DNA of 64,000 bases from a bacterium (lineage in GTDB: Bacteria; UBA8248; JACPRG01; G963555815), in the NCBI GenBank assembly GCA_965261595.1, contig CBDHDG010000006.1, forward strand, positions 480,001-544,000. Reading direction: 5' to 3'. Below, one piece after another: positions 49,401 to 58,738 of this stretch. Both the position numbers and the translations under genes were made by a program. The notes beneath the pieces were generated by a model that had not been told where the DNA came from, searched no databases, and saw only the letters and a program-made list of their open reading frames with translations. The first letter of the stretch is position 1, and each line of letters starts with the position of its first letter.

Positions 49401-50222
49401 CTGAAGATCGTCCGGGGTTATGGGGCGGGGGATACGGCGAAGCAGGGGGCGTCGGGGGCCGTTCCCTTCGGCGGCGGAGACACCTCGGCCTTGATTGTGG
49501 GCCGGAGTGAAGGATGGAAGAGCAGGATTGTGGCCATGAAGTATCAAAAGGCCGCCTTGGCTTACTTCACCCTTGTGGGCTCCGGAATCAAGGGGCCCAA
49601 GGACCTCGTGGGTCGCAAGATCGGCGAGCCGCCGGGAGGCGCGATTCGGGTCTTGTTCCCGGCTTTTGCCGAGGCCAACGGCTTCGAGAAGGACAAGGTC
49701 AAATTCATCCACATGTCCCCCGCGACCACCATCCCCAGCCTGCTCGCCGGAAAGGTCGACGCCATCGGGCTGTACACGAGCACCGCCCCGATCCTGATCC
49801 TGAGGGCCAAGAAGCTGGGCAAGAAGGTTCACGGAATCGTCTGGGCGGACCACGGCCTCAAGCTCTACGGCAACAGCCTCCAGGTCCTCGACAAGTTGAT
49901 CGCCGAGAAGCCCGCTCTGATTCGGGGGGTGATCGGGAGCATCATGAAGGGCTATCAATGGAATTTGAAGAACCCCGAAAAGGCCACGGACATCTTCCTG
50001 AAGTTCCTCCCCACCTCGAACCGAACAATCATTCTCAGCCAGTTCAAGATCTTCCAGAATCACATGATCACGCCCATTGTCCGGGAAAAGGGGCTAGGCT
50101 ATATGGACAAAAAGGATATGATCCATTCCCGGGACCTGATCGCCAAACTGTTCAAGCTGAAGACGCGCGTTCCCGTCGAGGACATTTACGCGAACGAGTT
50201 TCTCCCGGGGATCAAGCCGTAA
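49401..50222 (+). pseudogene. 5'-truncated NMT1/THI5-like ABC substrate-binding protein
   Basis: Frame reads LKIVRGYGAGDTAK..GD from 49401, matching internal LKIIRGYGSNKTA..GD of the 24826-25861 paralog; no signal peptide. Confidence 0.8.
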
Positions 50223-50298
50223 GATAGAGTCCGGGAAGCTCTCCGCCATTCCAACACCAAGGCCGGATACGTGCGCCCGCCGATTGGGAGGGAATCGG

Positions 50299-51576
50299 AT
50301 GAACATCGATACGGTTCTGGCCGGCATCGACCGGCAAGAGCTGGCGGAGCTGGCTTTGCGTCTGGCGAACATCCCGAGCCCGACCGGGAGCGAAGAGGCC
50401 ATGGGAGAGGCGGTCTTCGGCTGGCTGACGGAAAACGGATTCGATCCCCGGAAGATAACGGTCGCCCCCGGGCGGTTCAACGTGGCCGCCTTGCTCAAGG
50501 GAACGGGCGGGGGCGCTTCCCTCATCTTCAACGCCCACATGGACACCAAGTACGGGGGGGCGGACGACTTCTGGTCCGCCGGGGATATCCTGCCAGAGTA
50601 CACACGGGCCTGGAGAGAAGGCGACCTCCTGTTCGGCCACGGGGTGATGAACGACAAGGGGCCGCTCGCGGCCACGTTCCTGGCGGCCAGGGCCATCCGG
50701 GACGGCAGCGTGCGGCTCAAAGGCGACCTCCACCTCACCGCCGTGGTCGGGGAGATCGGCTCGGCCCCGGTGGACGAGTTCCAATCTTCCCGGTACGTGG
50801 GAAAGGGGGTGGGGGCGCGCCGGCTGGTGGACCACGGCGTCTTCGCCGACTACGCCCTGGTGGCCGAGTGCACCGACTTCTCCACGACCTGGGCCCAGTG
50901 CGGGTGCACGTACTTTCAGATCACCGTCCGGGGCACGGCGTACTACACCCCCACCATTCCCCGGCCCACCACCTTCGCCGACAACCCCAACGCCATCGTC
51001 CGGATGGCCCGGGTCGTCAACGCCCTGGAGAGCTGGGCGAACGAATACATCGAGCGCGAAAGCATGGAATTCGAGGGGGGCCTCATCCGGCCCAACGCGT
51101 GCATGGGCGCCATCCGGGCCGGGGTCCCGACCAAGCTCGCCAATACCGCGGGCCGGTGCAGTCTCTATCTGGACGTCCGGATCCCTCCCGGGAAGGACCC
51201 CCTGTTCGTCCAGCCGGAGATCGAGCGGGTCATCGCCGAGACGGGCGTCGAGGCCGAGGTTCGTCCCTACATGACGCGCAGGGGATACATCGCGAAGGGG
51301 CACGAACCGTTGGTCGAGGCCATCCGGCGGGCTCACGACCAGGTCGTGGGCGAACCCATGAAGACCGTCCCCCCGCCCATCACCAGCATGTGGCGCGACA
51401 TGAACATCTTCAACGAGGTCCAAATCCCGGCGGCCACGTATGGACCTTCCTTCGGCATGGACCTCACCGAGGGGAAATTGCGGATGGCCATTCACGCGGA
51501 CGACCTGTGGAAAGCCGCCAGGGCCTACGCCCGTGTGGCGATGGATATCTGTAATCGAGAGGCCGGGGCGGGCTGA
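50299..51576 (+). CDS. M20 family (ArgE/DapE-like) metallohydrolase, atypical ligands
   Basis: IPSPTGSE, NAHMDT, NDKG, dimerisation domain, YGP. Confidence 0.85.
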   Translation: MNIDTVLAGIDRQELAELALRLANIPSPTGSEEAMGEAVFGWLTENGFDPRKITVAPGRFNVAALLKGTGGGASLIFNAHMDTKYGGADDFWSAGDILPEYTRAWREGDLLFGHGVMNDKGPLAATFLAARAIRDGSVRLKGDLHLTAVVGEIGSAPVDEFQSSRYVGKGVGARRLVDHGVFADYALVAECTDFSTTWAQCGCTYFQITVRGTAYYTPTIPRPTTFADNPNAIVRMARVVNALESWANEYIERESMEFEGGLIRPNACMGAIRAGVPTKLANTAGRCSLYLDVRIPPGKDPLFVQPEIERVIAETGVEAEVRPYMTRRGYIAKGHEPLVEAIRRAHDQVVGEPMKTVPPPITSMWRDMNIFNEVQIPAATYGPSFGMDLTEGKLRMAIHADDLWKAARAYARVAMDICNREAGAG

Positions 51577-51652
51577 GGGGAAGCCGTGAAGGCGCGGCAT
51601 CCAGCGCCCTGACCGGGAGGCAGAATTGGCACGGGGAGATTCGAGAAAGAAA

Positions 51653-52603
51653 ATGCGCGAAGGCGACCTTTGGCCCGCGTTGCGGGAATACTGGCACCCG
51701 GTCACCCTGGCGGAAAATGTGAGGGAGCGGCCTTACGCGGCAAGGCTCCTGGACGAGCGAATCGTCATTTGCCGTCTGGGAAATCGGTGGGCGGCGTTCA
51801 ACGACCTCTGCATTCACCGGGGAACCCCCCTATCGCTCGGGTGGGTGGAGGGCGAGGAGATCGTCTGCGCGTATCACGGCTGGTCTTACAACGCCGAGGG
51901 CAGGTGCACCCGCATTCCCTCCGTTCCGCCGGACCACCCCATTCCGAAGAAGGCCTGCCTCACCCGGCACCGGGCCGAGGAGCGGTACGGCATCGTTTGG
52001 GTCTGCATGTCCGAAAAATCCCGGACGCCCATTCCCGAGCTTCCGGCCATCGAGGACCCGAGCCACCGCATTGTCGTCCGGGACCAGCGGAACTGGAAAT
52101 GCGGTGCCGCTCGGGCCATCGAGAACTTCGTGGACTTCGCCCATTTCCCGTGGATTCACGAAGGCATCCTGGGGGACCGCGATCATCCGCGAATACCCGA
52201 CATCGACGTGGAGCGGGATGGGGAAGAGCTCCGCTTCGGCTATACGAACCTCCCCGACCGGGTCCACCCGGTTCCCCATACACGCAACTACCGCCTGACC
52301 CGGCCTTTTTCCATCTATCAGTGGAAGGACGAAACCGACGGCAGGCGGGAGACGCTGAGCTTTGTTTGCATGCCGGTATCGGCCGATGAGTGCACACGGT
52401 TTCTGATCATCACCCGAAACTATGACCAGGAAGGAAATCCGCAAAGGTTCGCGGAAATTATCAACAACCAAGATCAGGTGATTGTGGAAAATCAGCGGCC
52501 GGAGGAGCTTCCGCTGGACCTGACCGAAGAGCTTCACGTCAAGGGACCCGACGGCGTCGCCCTCGCGTACCGGAGGCTCCTAAGAGAAATTGGCGTGGAG
52601 TAA
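51653..52603 (+). CDS. Rieske non-heme iron oxygenase (VanA/NdmA-like), paralog 3
   Basis: CIH..CAYH, ENFVDFAHFPWIH, QD..IVENQ. Confidence 0.92.
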   Translation: MREGDLWPALREYWHPVTLAENVRERPYAARLLDERIVICRLGNRWAAFNDLCIHRGTPLSLGWVEGEEIVCAYHGWSYNAEGRCTRIPSVPPDHPIPKKACLTRHRAEERYGIVWVCMSEKSRTPIPELPAIEDPSHRIVVRDQRNWKCGAARAIENFVDFAHFPWIHEGILGDRDHPRIPDIDVERDGEELRFGYTNLPDRVHPVPHTRNYRLTRPFSIYQWKDETDGRRETLSFVCMPVSADECTRFLIITRNYDQEGNPQRFAEIINNQDQVIVENQRPEELPLDLTEELHVKGPDGVALAYRRLLREIGVE

Positions 52604-52742
52604 GGACCGGATTCCTTTCGGGCGGCGGGGGAGAGAAAGGCTCGACTCTGTTTGGAAGCCGGACGGGACGGATTGGCGTTTCGCTTCGAGGCCGAATGGA
52701 GAATGAGCCCCCGCCTCTTCGCTTATCCATGGGAGAACGACC

Positions 52743-53741
52743 GTGGCGAACATCAAGATCGATTTTGCGTGCTCGGAATACGACCGGATCAAGGCCCTGG
52801 AGGATGGAACGGTCAAACCCGTCGGGATTGACCTGAACTTCATCCGCCTGCCAGTGATAGACACCTTCTGGCGGATGTGTCAACACCAGGAGTTCGATGC
52901 CTCGGAGATGAGCTTCTCCGCCTATTTGATCTTTCGCTCGCGGCCCAATCCCCCGTTTGTCGCGATCCCCGTTTTCCTTTCCAAAATCTTCCGACACGCG
53001 TGCGTGTTCATCAACAAGAACGCCGGGATCCAAAAGCCGGAGGACCTTGCTGGGAGACGCATAGGGGTTCCCGAGTACGCCATGTCGGCCGTGGTGTGGA
53101 TTCGTGGGATCATGCACCACGAGCACGGCGTGGACCCGGAAGGCGTGACCTGGGTCACGGGCGGACAGGAGGAATGGGGCCGCAAGGAGCGAGTGGATCT
53201 CAACCTGCCCCCTTCCATTACCATCGAGTCCGCTCCCGAGCCCAAGACGCTCGACGAAATGCTGGATTCCGGCGAGATCGACGCCCTGTTCACCGCCACG
53301 GCCCCTCCGTCATTCTTCAGGCCTTCGTCCAACGTCGTCCGGCTTTTCCCCAACTACAAAGAAGCGGAGATCGACTACCATTACAGGCGGACGGGGTGCT
53401 TTCCGATCATGCACCTGGTGGTCATCAAGGAGTCCGTTCACCAACAATACCCCTGGGCGGCCCGGAACCTGTACACCGCCTTCTGTGAGGCCAAAGACCG
53501 TTGCATGAAAATCCTGGAGCACACGGGAGCGCCGGGGGCCGCCCTCCCCTGGCTGATCGGCGAGATCGAGGAGTGCAAGAAAATCCTCGGCGAGGACTAC
53601 TGGGCGTACGGCGTAGAGGCCAACCGGACCACGATTGAAACGTTCACCCGGTATTCGTTCGAGCAGGGGCTGTCGGAGCGGATTCTCGCCCCGGAGGAGG
53701 TGTTCGCCGAATCAACGCTGCTCGACCTCGCGATGGTCTGA
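52743..53741 (+). CDS. 4,5-dihydroxyphthalate decarboxylase-like protein (PBP2 fold)
   Basis: YDRIKALEDG, FDASEMS, IFRH, GVPEYAMSA, FPIMH, YGVEANR. Confidence 0.82.
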   Translation: MANIKIDFACSEYDRIKALEDGTVKPVGIDLNFIRLPVIDTFWRMCQHQEFDASEMSFSAYLIFRSRPNPPFVAIPVFLSKIFRHACVFINKNAGIQKPEDLAGRRIGVPEYAMSAVVWIRGIMHHEHGVDPEGVTWVTGGQEEWGRKERVDLNLPPSITIESAPEPKTLDEMLDSGEIDALFTATAPPSFFRPSSNVVRLFPNYKEAEIDYHYRRTGCFPIMHLVVIKESVHQQYPWAARNLYTAFCEAKDRCMKILEHTGAPGAALPWLIGEIEECKKILGEDYWAYGVEANRTTIETFTRYSFEQGLSERILAPEEVFAESTLLDLAMV

Positions 53742-53894
53742 AGGAAGTCCGCGGGCGGCCCGAATGGAAATTGTGGACTCACCCCGATTTCGCGGGCTGA
53801 CCCGCCGCGCGGGATTGGGCCCGAGGTCCCGCGAACCTGTTTGAATGGAAAGCGCAACGCCGCGTGAAAACGGCCCGCACAATGACCGCCGCCC

Positions 53895-54647
53895 TTACGC
53901 GCCGCCGTCCCCCCTCTCCTTCCCATTTTCCACAGTCCTGAGCAACCGTCCGTAGCCCTGGACGGGGTCCTTCACGTTGGTCATCCGGAGTCCCGCCCAC
54001 AGGGCCGCCTGATTGCTGGTCACCACGGGCAGCCCCAGGTCCCTTTCGAGGGTTTCGATGACCTCGAACGTCCGGAGCCCCCCGCAGCTGATCAAGACCC
54101 CGTCCGCGCCGGAGACCTCCTTCGCCGCATCCATCGTCAGGCGGTAAGCCGCGCTCGGCGGGAGCCGGTGGATGTCCCAGTTGTACCGCTCGCGAAGACC
54201 CTTCAGGGCCAGGACCTCGAAACCGGCCTCTTCCAGAAACGTCCGGAGGAGGTCGTTCAGCTCGTCGATGTACGCGGTGGCGACGACGATCCTGCGGAGA
54301 CCGAGCTCGCGCAGGGCCTCCACGGCCGCCGTGGCCTGGGTCTTGCTGGGCAGGCCGGACGCCTCCCTGGCGCGCCCGGTGAGCTCCAGGTTGAAAGCGT
54401 GGCCCTTGAAGAAGCCGGCCGGCGTCCCGCACACGAGGCAGCAATCGGCCTTCATGATGGCGACCTCCCGGGCCGCCCGCTCGACGTGCGTGACCATCTC
54501 CTCGAGCCCCTTCGGGCTCACCTCCTCGACGTACATCCTGGTGCTGGCGAAGGTGACGCCCTCGGGCGCCGCCATCCTGACTTCGTCTTCGGGAACGGGA
54601 CCCCCCGCCGGCCAAATCATCCCGATCAACGCCCGCCATCCATACAT
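53895..54647 (-). CDS. Maleate isomerase / arylmalonate decarboxylase (Asp/Glu racemase) family
   Basis: YGWRALIG, VCGT, ISCGG, PVVTSNQA. Confidence 0.85.
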   Translation of the reverse strand: MYGWRALIGMIWPAGGPVPEDEVRMAAPEGVTFASTRMYVEEVSPKGLEEMVTHVERAAREVAIMKADCCLVCGTPAGFFKGHAFNLELTGRAREASGLPSKTQATAAVEALRELGLRRIVVATAYIDELNDLLRTFLEEAGFEVLALKGLRERYNWDIHRLPPSAAYRLTMDAAKEVSGADGVLISCGGLRTFEVIETLERDLGLPVVTSNQAALWAGLRMTNVKDPVQGYGRLLRTVENGKERGDGGA

Positions 54648-54748
54648 CCGCCGCACCTCCTGAAAACCTGCCGGAGTCGATCCCCAAAAAGCCCCGCCGG
54701 AAGGCTGAAAACCCGGCGGAACCCGATAAACGCTCTGCCCCTCCTTAC

Positions 54749-55846
54749 CTACCCAACCTCCGCCAGGACGTCGTCCGGGTGTCCGTATCTGGAGGCGAAC
54801 TCGCGGACTTCGGGGTCGTCGAGGGCCGTGAGCCTTCCATTTTCGACCAGGACGACGTCTCCCAGCGTGAGCGTCGGATGGAGGCCGCCGCCGTCCCAGT
54901 GCCAATCGCTCGACACCTCCACGCCCGGGGCGCCCCACTTGCCCACGGCGCAGTGGAAGGTCCCCGAGTGGCGGTGGGCGATGGTGTCCATCGCCCGGGT
55001 CTTCAGCCCCACCGAGACCGGGGCCTTCGGGTGAGCGCCGATGGCGACCTCGCAGAAATAGTTCCCGTTCTCGTAGCGGTCCATCCGGTCCCGGAACCAG
55101 CGGGCCTCCTCACCCCCCTCGACCCGCGTCACCCACTGGTCTTCGATCGTCAGGCGGATGGGCTCGCTCAGAAATCCCTCGAACCCCTCCAGCTGCTCAA
55201 AGACCAGCGTGCCGTCGACCGGAGGGGCCGGGAGCTCTGCCATCTCCCCGCCCGGGAAGAACTGCCACTTCTTCGGCGGCTCAACGTACTTGAAGCCGTA
55301 CACGTAGGGAATGCGGCCCGTCAAGTCGGAGCCGCGGGGATCGGTCAAGCGGAAGACATCGGTCCCCGAGGACAGGGCCTGGTCGCGGACTTTCCGGTAG
55401 ATGAAGAAGAGGAGCTCGGCGGGAAATCGCGCCCACTCCGAAGCCAGAAGCTCGGGCGTCAGGCTGATGACGGCCGTGTTCCGAAGCGGGGTGGAAAACA
55501 AGAGGGCGGAAATATCGTTGTTGTGGATCGTCGCCGCGTTTTCGAGCCGCTGAAAGCTCAGGAGGACGTCCGCCTCCTTCATGGCGGCGAGCACGGGCTT
55601 TTGCAAGGGCTGTTTGAGACGATGGATCACCGACCCGGAGGACAGGAGAAACGCCTCGGCCCCGACTTCCTCCACCGCCACGCCGAAGGCCTCCACCACC
55701 CGGGGATCGACCTCGGCCGAACGGTCCGTCCAGAGGCAGACCTTTTCCCCCGACTTGACGCGGGTATAGCCTCGAACGCAGTTCCGCGCCCCTTCCATCA
55801 GATCCAATAGCGAGTCCAAGATTTCCTCCGTCGGACCTGGACGCAA
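54749..55846 (-). CDS. M29 aminopeptidase-fold / NicX-like protein
   Basis: VKSGEKV, GSDLTG, PGGE, DGTLVF, EPIRLTIE..VTRVEGG, CEVAIGAHP, HCAVG, HWD. Start uncertain. Confidence 0.65.
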   Translation of the reverse strand: MRPGPTEEILDSLLDLMEGARNCVRGYTRVKSGEKVCLWTDRSAEVDPRVVEAFGVAVEEVGAEAFLLSSGSVIHRLKQPLQKPVLAAMKEADVLLSFQRLENAATIHNNDISALLFSTPLRNTAVISLTPELLASEWARFPAELLFFIYRKVRDQALSSGTDVFRLTDPRGSDLTGRIPYVYGFKYVEPPKKWQFFPGGEMAELPAPPVDGTLVFEQLEGFEGFLSEPIRLTIEDQWVTRVEGGEEARWFRDRMDRYENGNYFCEVAIGAHPKAPVSVGLKTRAMDTIAHRHSGTFHCAVGKWGAPGVEVSSDWHWDGGGLHPTLTLGDVVLVENGRLTALDDPEVREFASRYGHPDDVLAEVG

Positions 55847-55945
55847 AGCTTCAATCGGAAAATTGTCTACAATCCTAAAGCCTGGATGGCCGCCGTGTCA
55901 AACCAGGGGGGTTTGCAAGGAACAGGAAGGGTTAACCCTTTTACG

Positions 55946-56803
55946 TCACCGGGCGGCCCAGACCCTGAGGGCGATCCACATCTTCTGTAAGCGGGAGAGA
56001 GAAACGGTGTTGCGGAAAACATCGTACCGGAGGTTTTCGATCTCCCGGAGGAGCCGGCGGTAGATGCCGCCCATGATCTCGGCGGCCAGCATGCCGGGCC
56101 GGTCTTCGGGGACGAGGGCCTCCCGGGCCTCTTCGTAGAAGCGGTGCGCCCGCTCGCACTGGAACTTCATGAGGGCGATGAACCGATCGCCGTAGACGCC
56201 GCCCAGGATCTCTTCCTCCCGGCAGCCGAATCGGTCCAGGTCTTCCCGGGGGAGATAGATGCGCCCCCGCTCGGCGTCGGGCCTGACGTCGCGCAAAATA
56301 TTGGTGAGCTGAAAAGCGATGCCCAGCTTCTCGGCGTAGCGCTTGGCGCTCTCGGTGCGGTAGCCGAAGACCTCGATGCACATCAGACCGATGACCGAGG
56401 CCACGTGGTAGCAGTAGCGATAGAGATCCTCGAAGGTCTCGTAGCGGCCGCGGGCGAGGTCCATCTCGCAGCCGTCAATGAGGGCGAGGGGGAGCTCCCG
56501 GGGGATGTGGAAGGCCCGGACGGCTTCGGCCATCTGGACGGCGATGGGGTGCTCCGGCCGCCCCCCCCCGCCGCCGTACATCCGGTCCACCTCCCGCCGC
56601 CATTCGGCCAGGCCCTCGGCCGCCCGCGCCGGGTCGGCCATTTCATCCACCACGTCGTCCACGGCCCGGGAAAACGCGTACACCGCGTAAATCGCCTCGC
56701 GGCGCGGCCGGGGCAAAAACAGGAAAGAATAAAAAAAGTTCGACCGGCTGCGGCGGGTGAGCTTTCTGCAATAATCCAGGGACCGGGCGGCGACGGACTG
56801 CAT
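55946..56803 (-). CDS. hpnD: Presqualene diphosphate synthase (squalene/phytoene synthase family)
   Basis: SNFFYSFLFLP, YAFSRAVDDVVD, YCYHVAS, QLTNILRD, GRIYLP. Confidence 0.82.
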   Translation of the reverse strand: MQSVAARSLDYCRKLTRRSRSNFFYSFLFLPRPRREAIYAVYAFSRAVDDVVDEMADPARAAEGLAEWRREVDRMYGGGGGRPEHPIAVQMAEAVRAFHIPRELPLALIDGCEMDLARGRYETFEDLYRYCYHVASVIGLMCIEVFGYRTESAKRYAEKLGIAFQLTNILRDVRPDAERGRIYLPREDLDRFGCREEEILGGVYGDRFIALMKFQCERAHRFYEEAREALVPEDRPGMLAAEIMGGIYRRLLREIENLRYDVFRNTVSLSRLQKMWIALRVWAAR

Positions 56804-56993
56804 TTCGGGTTTCCAGCCTCGGAATCGATGACCGACGGGTCGAGGACCCTCCGGGTCGGAGGACCCCCCGGGTCGCGAGACGGTCGGGTCACCCGTTCAT
56901 TGGGCGCATCAGGTATGCGTAGAAGGGATCATGCAGGAACTCGCTTTCAATGTGAAGCGCCCCGACGCGCCTCGAATCCTGAACCCGGGCCTG

Positions 56994-57368
56994 CTACCTG
57001 TACGTCACCCGGCCGGTCACGGTCACCTCGTACCGACGCTTGAGCCTCTTCCGGTTGACCGTGACCCGCAAATCCCGCTTCGAGAACTCCCTGGGCGTCC
57101 GGCCGACGCGCGTGGCCAGCCACACGGCAATCTGGACAAAAGTCGATTTTGCGTTCTCTTGTATTTTCCTGCCATTCGAAAACACGCCCTCCTCGTAATA
57201 AAAAACTTTCAAGTCGAAGCCGTTCGTCCTTTCATCGGTGATCAGGTATCCGGCCTTCGGCTCGACGAGAAAATCGCGCTGAAATTGGTCGGGGATGGGC
57301 GAACGGCATCCCAACAAGGCTGCGGAAAGCAGGACGGGTCCGGCAACTCGGAAAATGGTTTTTGTCAT
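56994..57368 (-). CDS. Hypothetical lipoprotein
   Basis: Signal with lipobox LLGC; 124 aa. Confidence 0.6.
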   Translation of the reverse strand: MTKTIFRVAGPVLLSAALLGCRSPIPDQFQRDFLVEPKAGYLITDERTNGFDLKVFYYEEGVFSNGRKIQENAKSTFVQIAVWLATRVGRTPREFSKRDLRVTVNRKRLKRRYEVTVTGRVTYR

Positions 57369-57658
57369 TGTATCGGGTGATTCCTTCCCGCGATGTGATT
57401 CTTCCGACATGCAACGCGAGGCTCGAAGTGTCCTCCCGCGCAAGCGGACGCCCGGGACCGCTCGGCGGTGAATCCGTCGAATCGCCCGGCGCGGAAAAAT
57501 CATCCCACAAGGTTTTCGGGGGTGTCAATCGCGGAGAGCCGCGTCGCCGGCAACGCCCCGGTGGAAAGGGGCCATCCCTGGGGAGAGGAAGCGCCCCGCC
57601 GTTGGGCCACTCCCCCCCCGATGGACAGTCGGTCGTGGAGACGGATCGGGCGGGCGGG

Positions 57659-58606
57659 TTAGAGGCCGGCGAACGGATCCGGCTCGGGGGGATGGATTTC
57701 CACGTCGCTTCGGGCGCAGACGAAGGATTCGTAGGGAAAGAGCCAGCGGCCGGCCAGGCCCATGATCCACCACCAATGGGTCTTGAACCCCCGCACCCCC
57801 ATTTGGCTTCGATACGTAAACAGCGCCCGGCGCTTTCTTCGGAGATCGCGACGGATGTCCAGCCGCGTGGTGATGGCGTCGTCCGGCGTTCCGACCTTGT
57901 TCTCGTCGAAGTCGGGGTTGTCCATGGGGGTCTTTCTGCCGAGAAATTTCAGCGTCCTCCACAGGCGGAGCATGTCCGACCGGCTCCAGGCGGTGTAATA
58001 GAGCTTTTTCACGCGCCAGGGATCCGGGACGTCATCCCCGCCGTCCCTCTCCCCCCCGTCCCCCCGTCCATCCCCTGTTGGGCCTTCCGCCGCCTCCAGG
58101 GCCGCCAGGGTCGCCTGGTGGGTCATGATGTGGTCGGGGTGGCCATAGCCGCCGTTTTCGTTGTACGTGACAACCACGTCCGGACGGTGCCAGCGGATGA
58201 CCTCGGCAATGCGCCCGGCGACCTCGTCCAGGTCCGCGTTCATGAACACGCCGGGGTCGTTGTTTTGTTCCCACCCGGCCATGCCCGAGTCCCGGTAGTC
58301 CAGGTTGTAGACGTGCGTGATGTCCAGGATCTTCACCGCCTTGGCCTGTTCCTGTTTCCGGAGCTCGATCAGCCGCTTGCGGTCTTCAAGATTTTCCCAC
58401 GGCTTCAGCGGGTGGCGCGGGTCCTTGGCCTCGCCCATCTCCCCGTTGGTGCAGGTGATCAAGATCGTCGTGCGCCCCGCCGCGGCCGACTGGATCAACA
58501 ACCCTCCCGTCCCGCTGCACTCATCGTCCGAATGGGCGTGGACGGCGAGGAGCGTGAGGGTGTCCGGGTGATCGGCTCGCGCGGCGGGTGAGGAGTCTCT
58601 ATTCAC
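57659..58606 (-). CDS. PIG-L family deacetylase (MshB/Mca-like)
   Basis: HAHSDDE, TNGEMG, YRDSGM, GGYGHPDH, SQ. Confidence 0.88.
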   Translation of the reverse strand: MNRDSSPAARADHPDTLTLLAVHAHSDDECSGTGGLLIQSAAAGRTTILITCTNGEMGEAKDPRHPLKPWENLEDRKRLIELRKQEQAKAVKILDITHVYNLDYRDSGMAGWEQNNDPGVFMNADLDEVAGRIAEVIRWHRPDVVVTYNENGGYGHPDHIMTHQATLAALEAAEGPTGDGRGDGGERDGGDDVPDPWRVKKLYYTAWSRSDMLRLWRTLKFLGRKTPMDNPDFDENKVGTPDDAITTRLDIRRDLRRKRRALFTYRSQMGVRGFKTHWWWIMGLAGRWLFPYESFVCARSDVEIHPPEPDPFAGL

Positions 58607-58738
58607 GTGGGTTTCATGGGTCGCGGAAAAAAAGGGAAGACGCGCGTCGACGCCTTCCCACGGACAAACATTGTCTTGTCTAGATAGGCGCGGCGGGCGG
58701 GAGCGTCGAGGGGGAAAACAGGTTTTCGCCGAGCCGCC

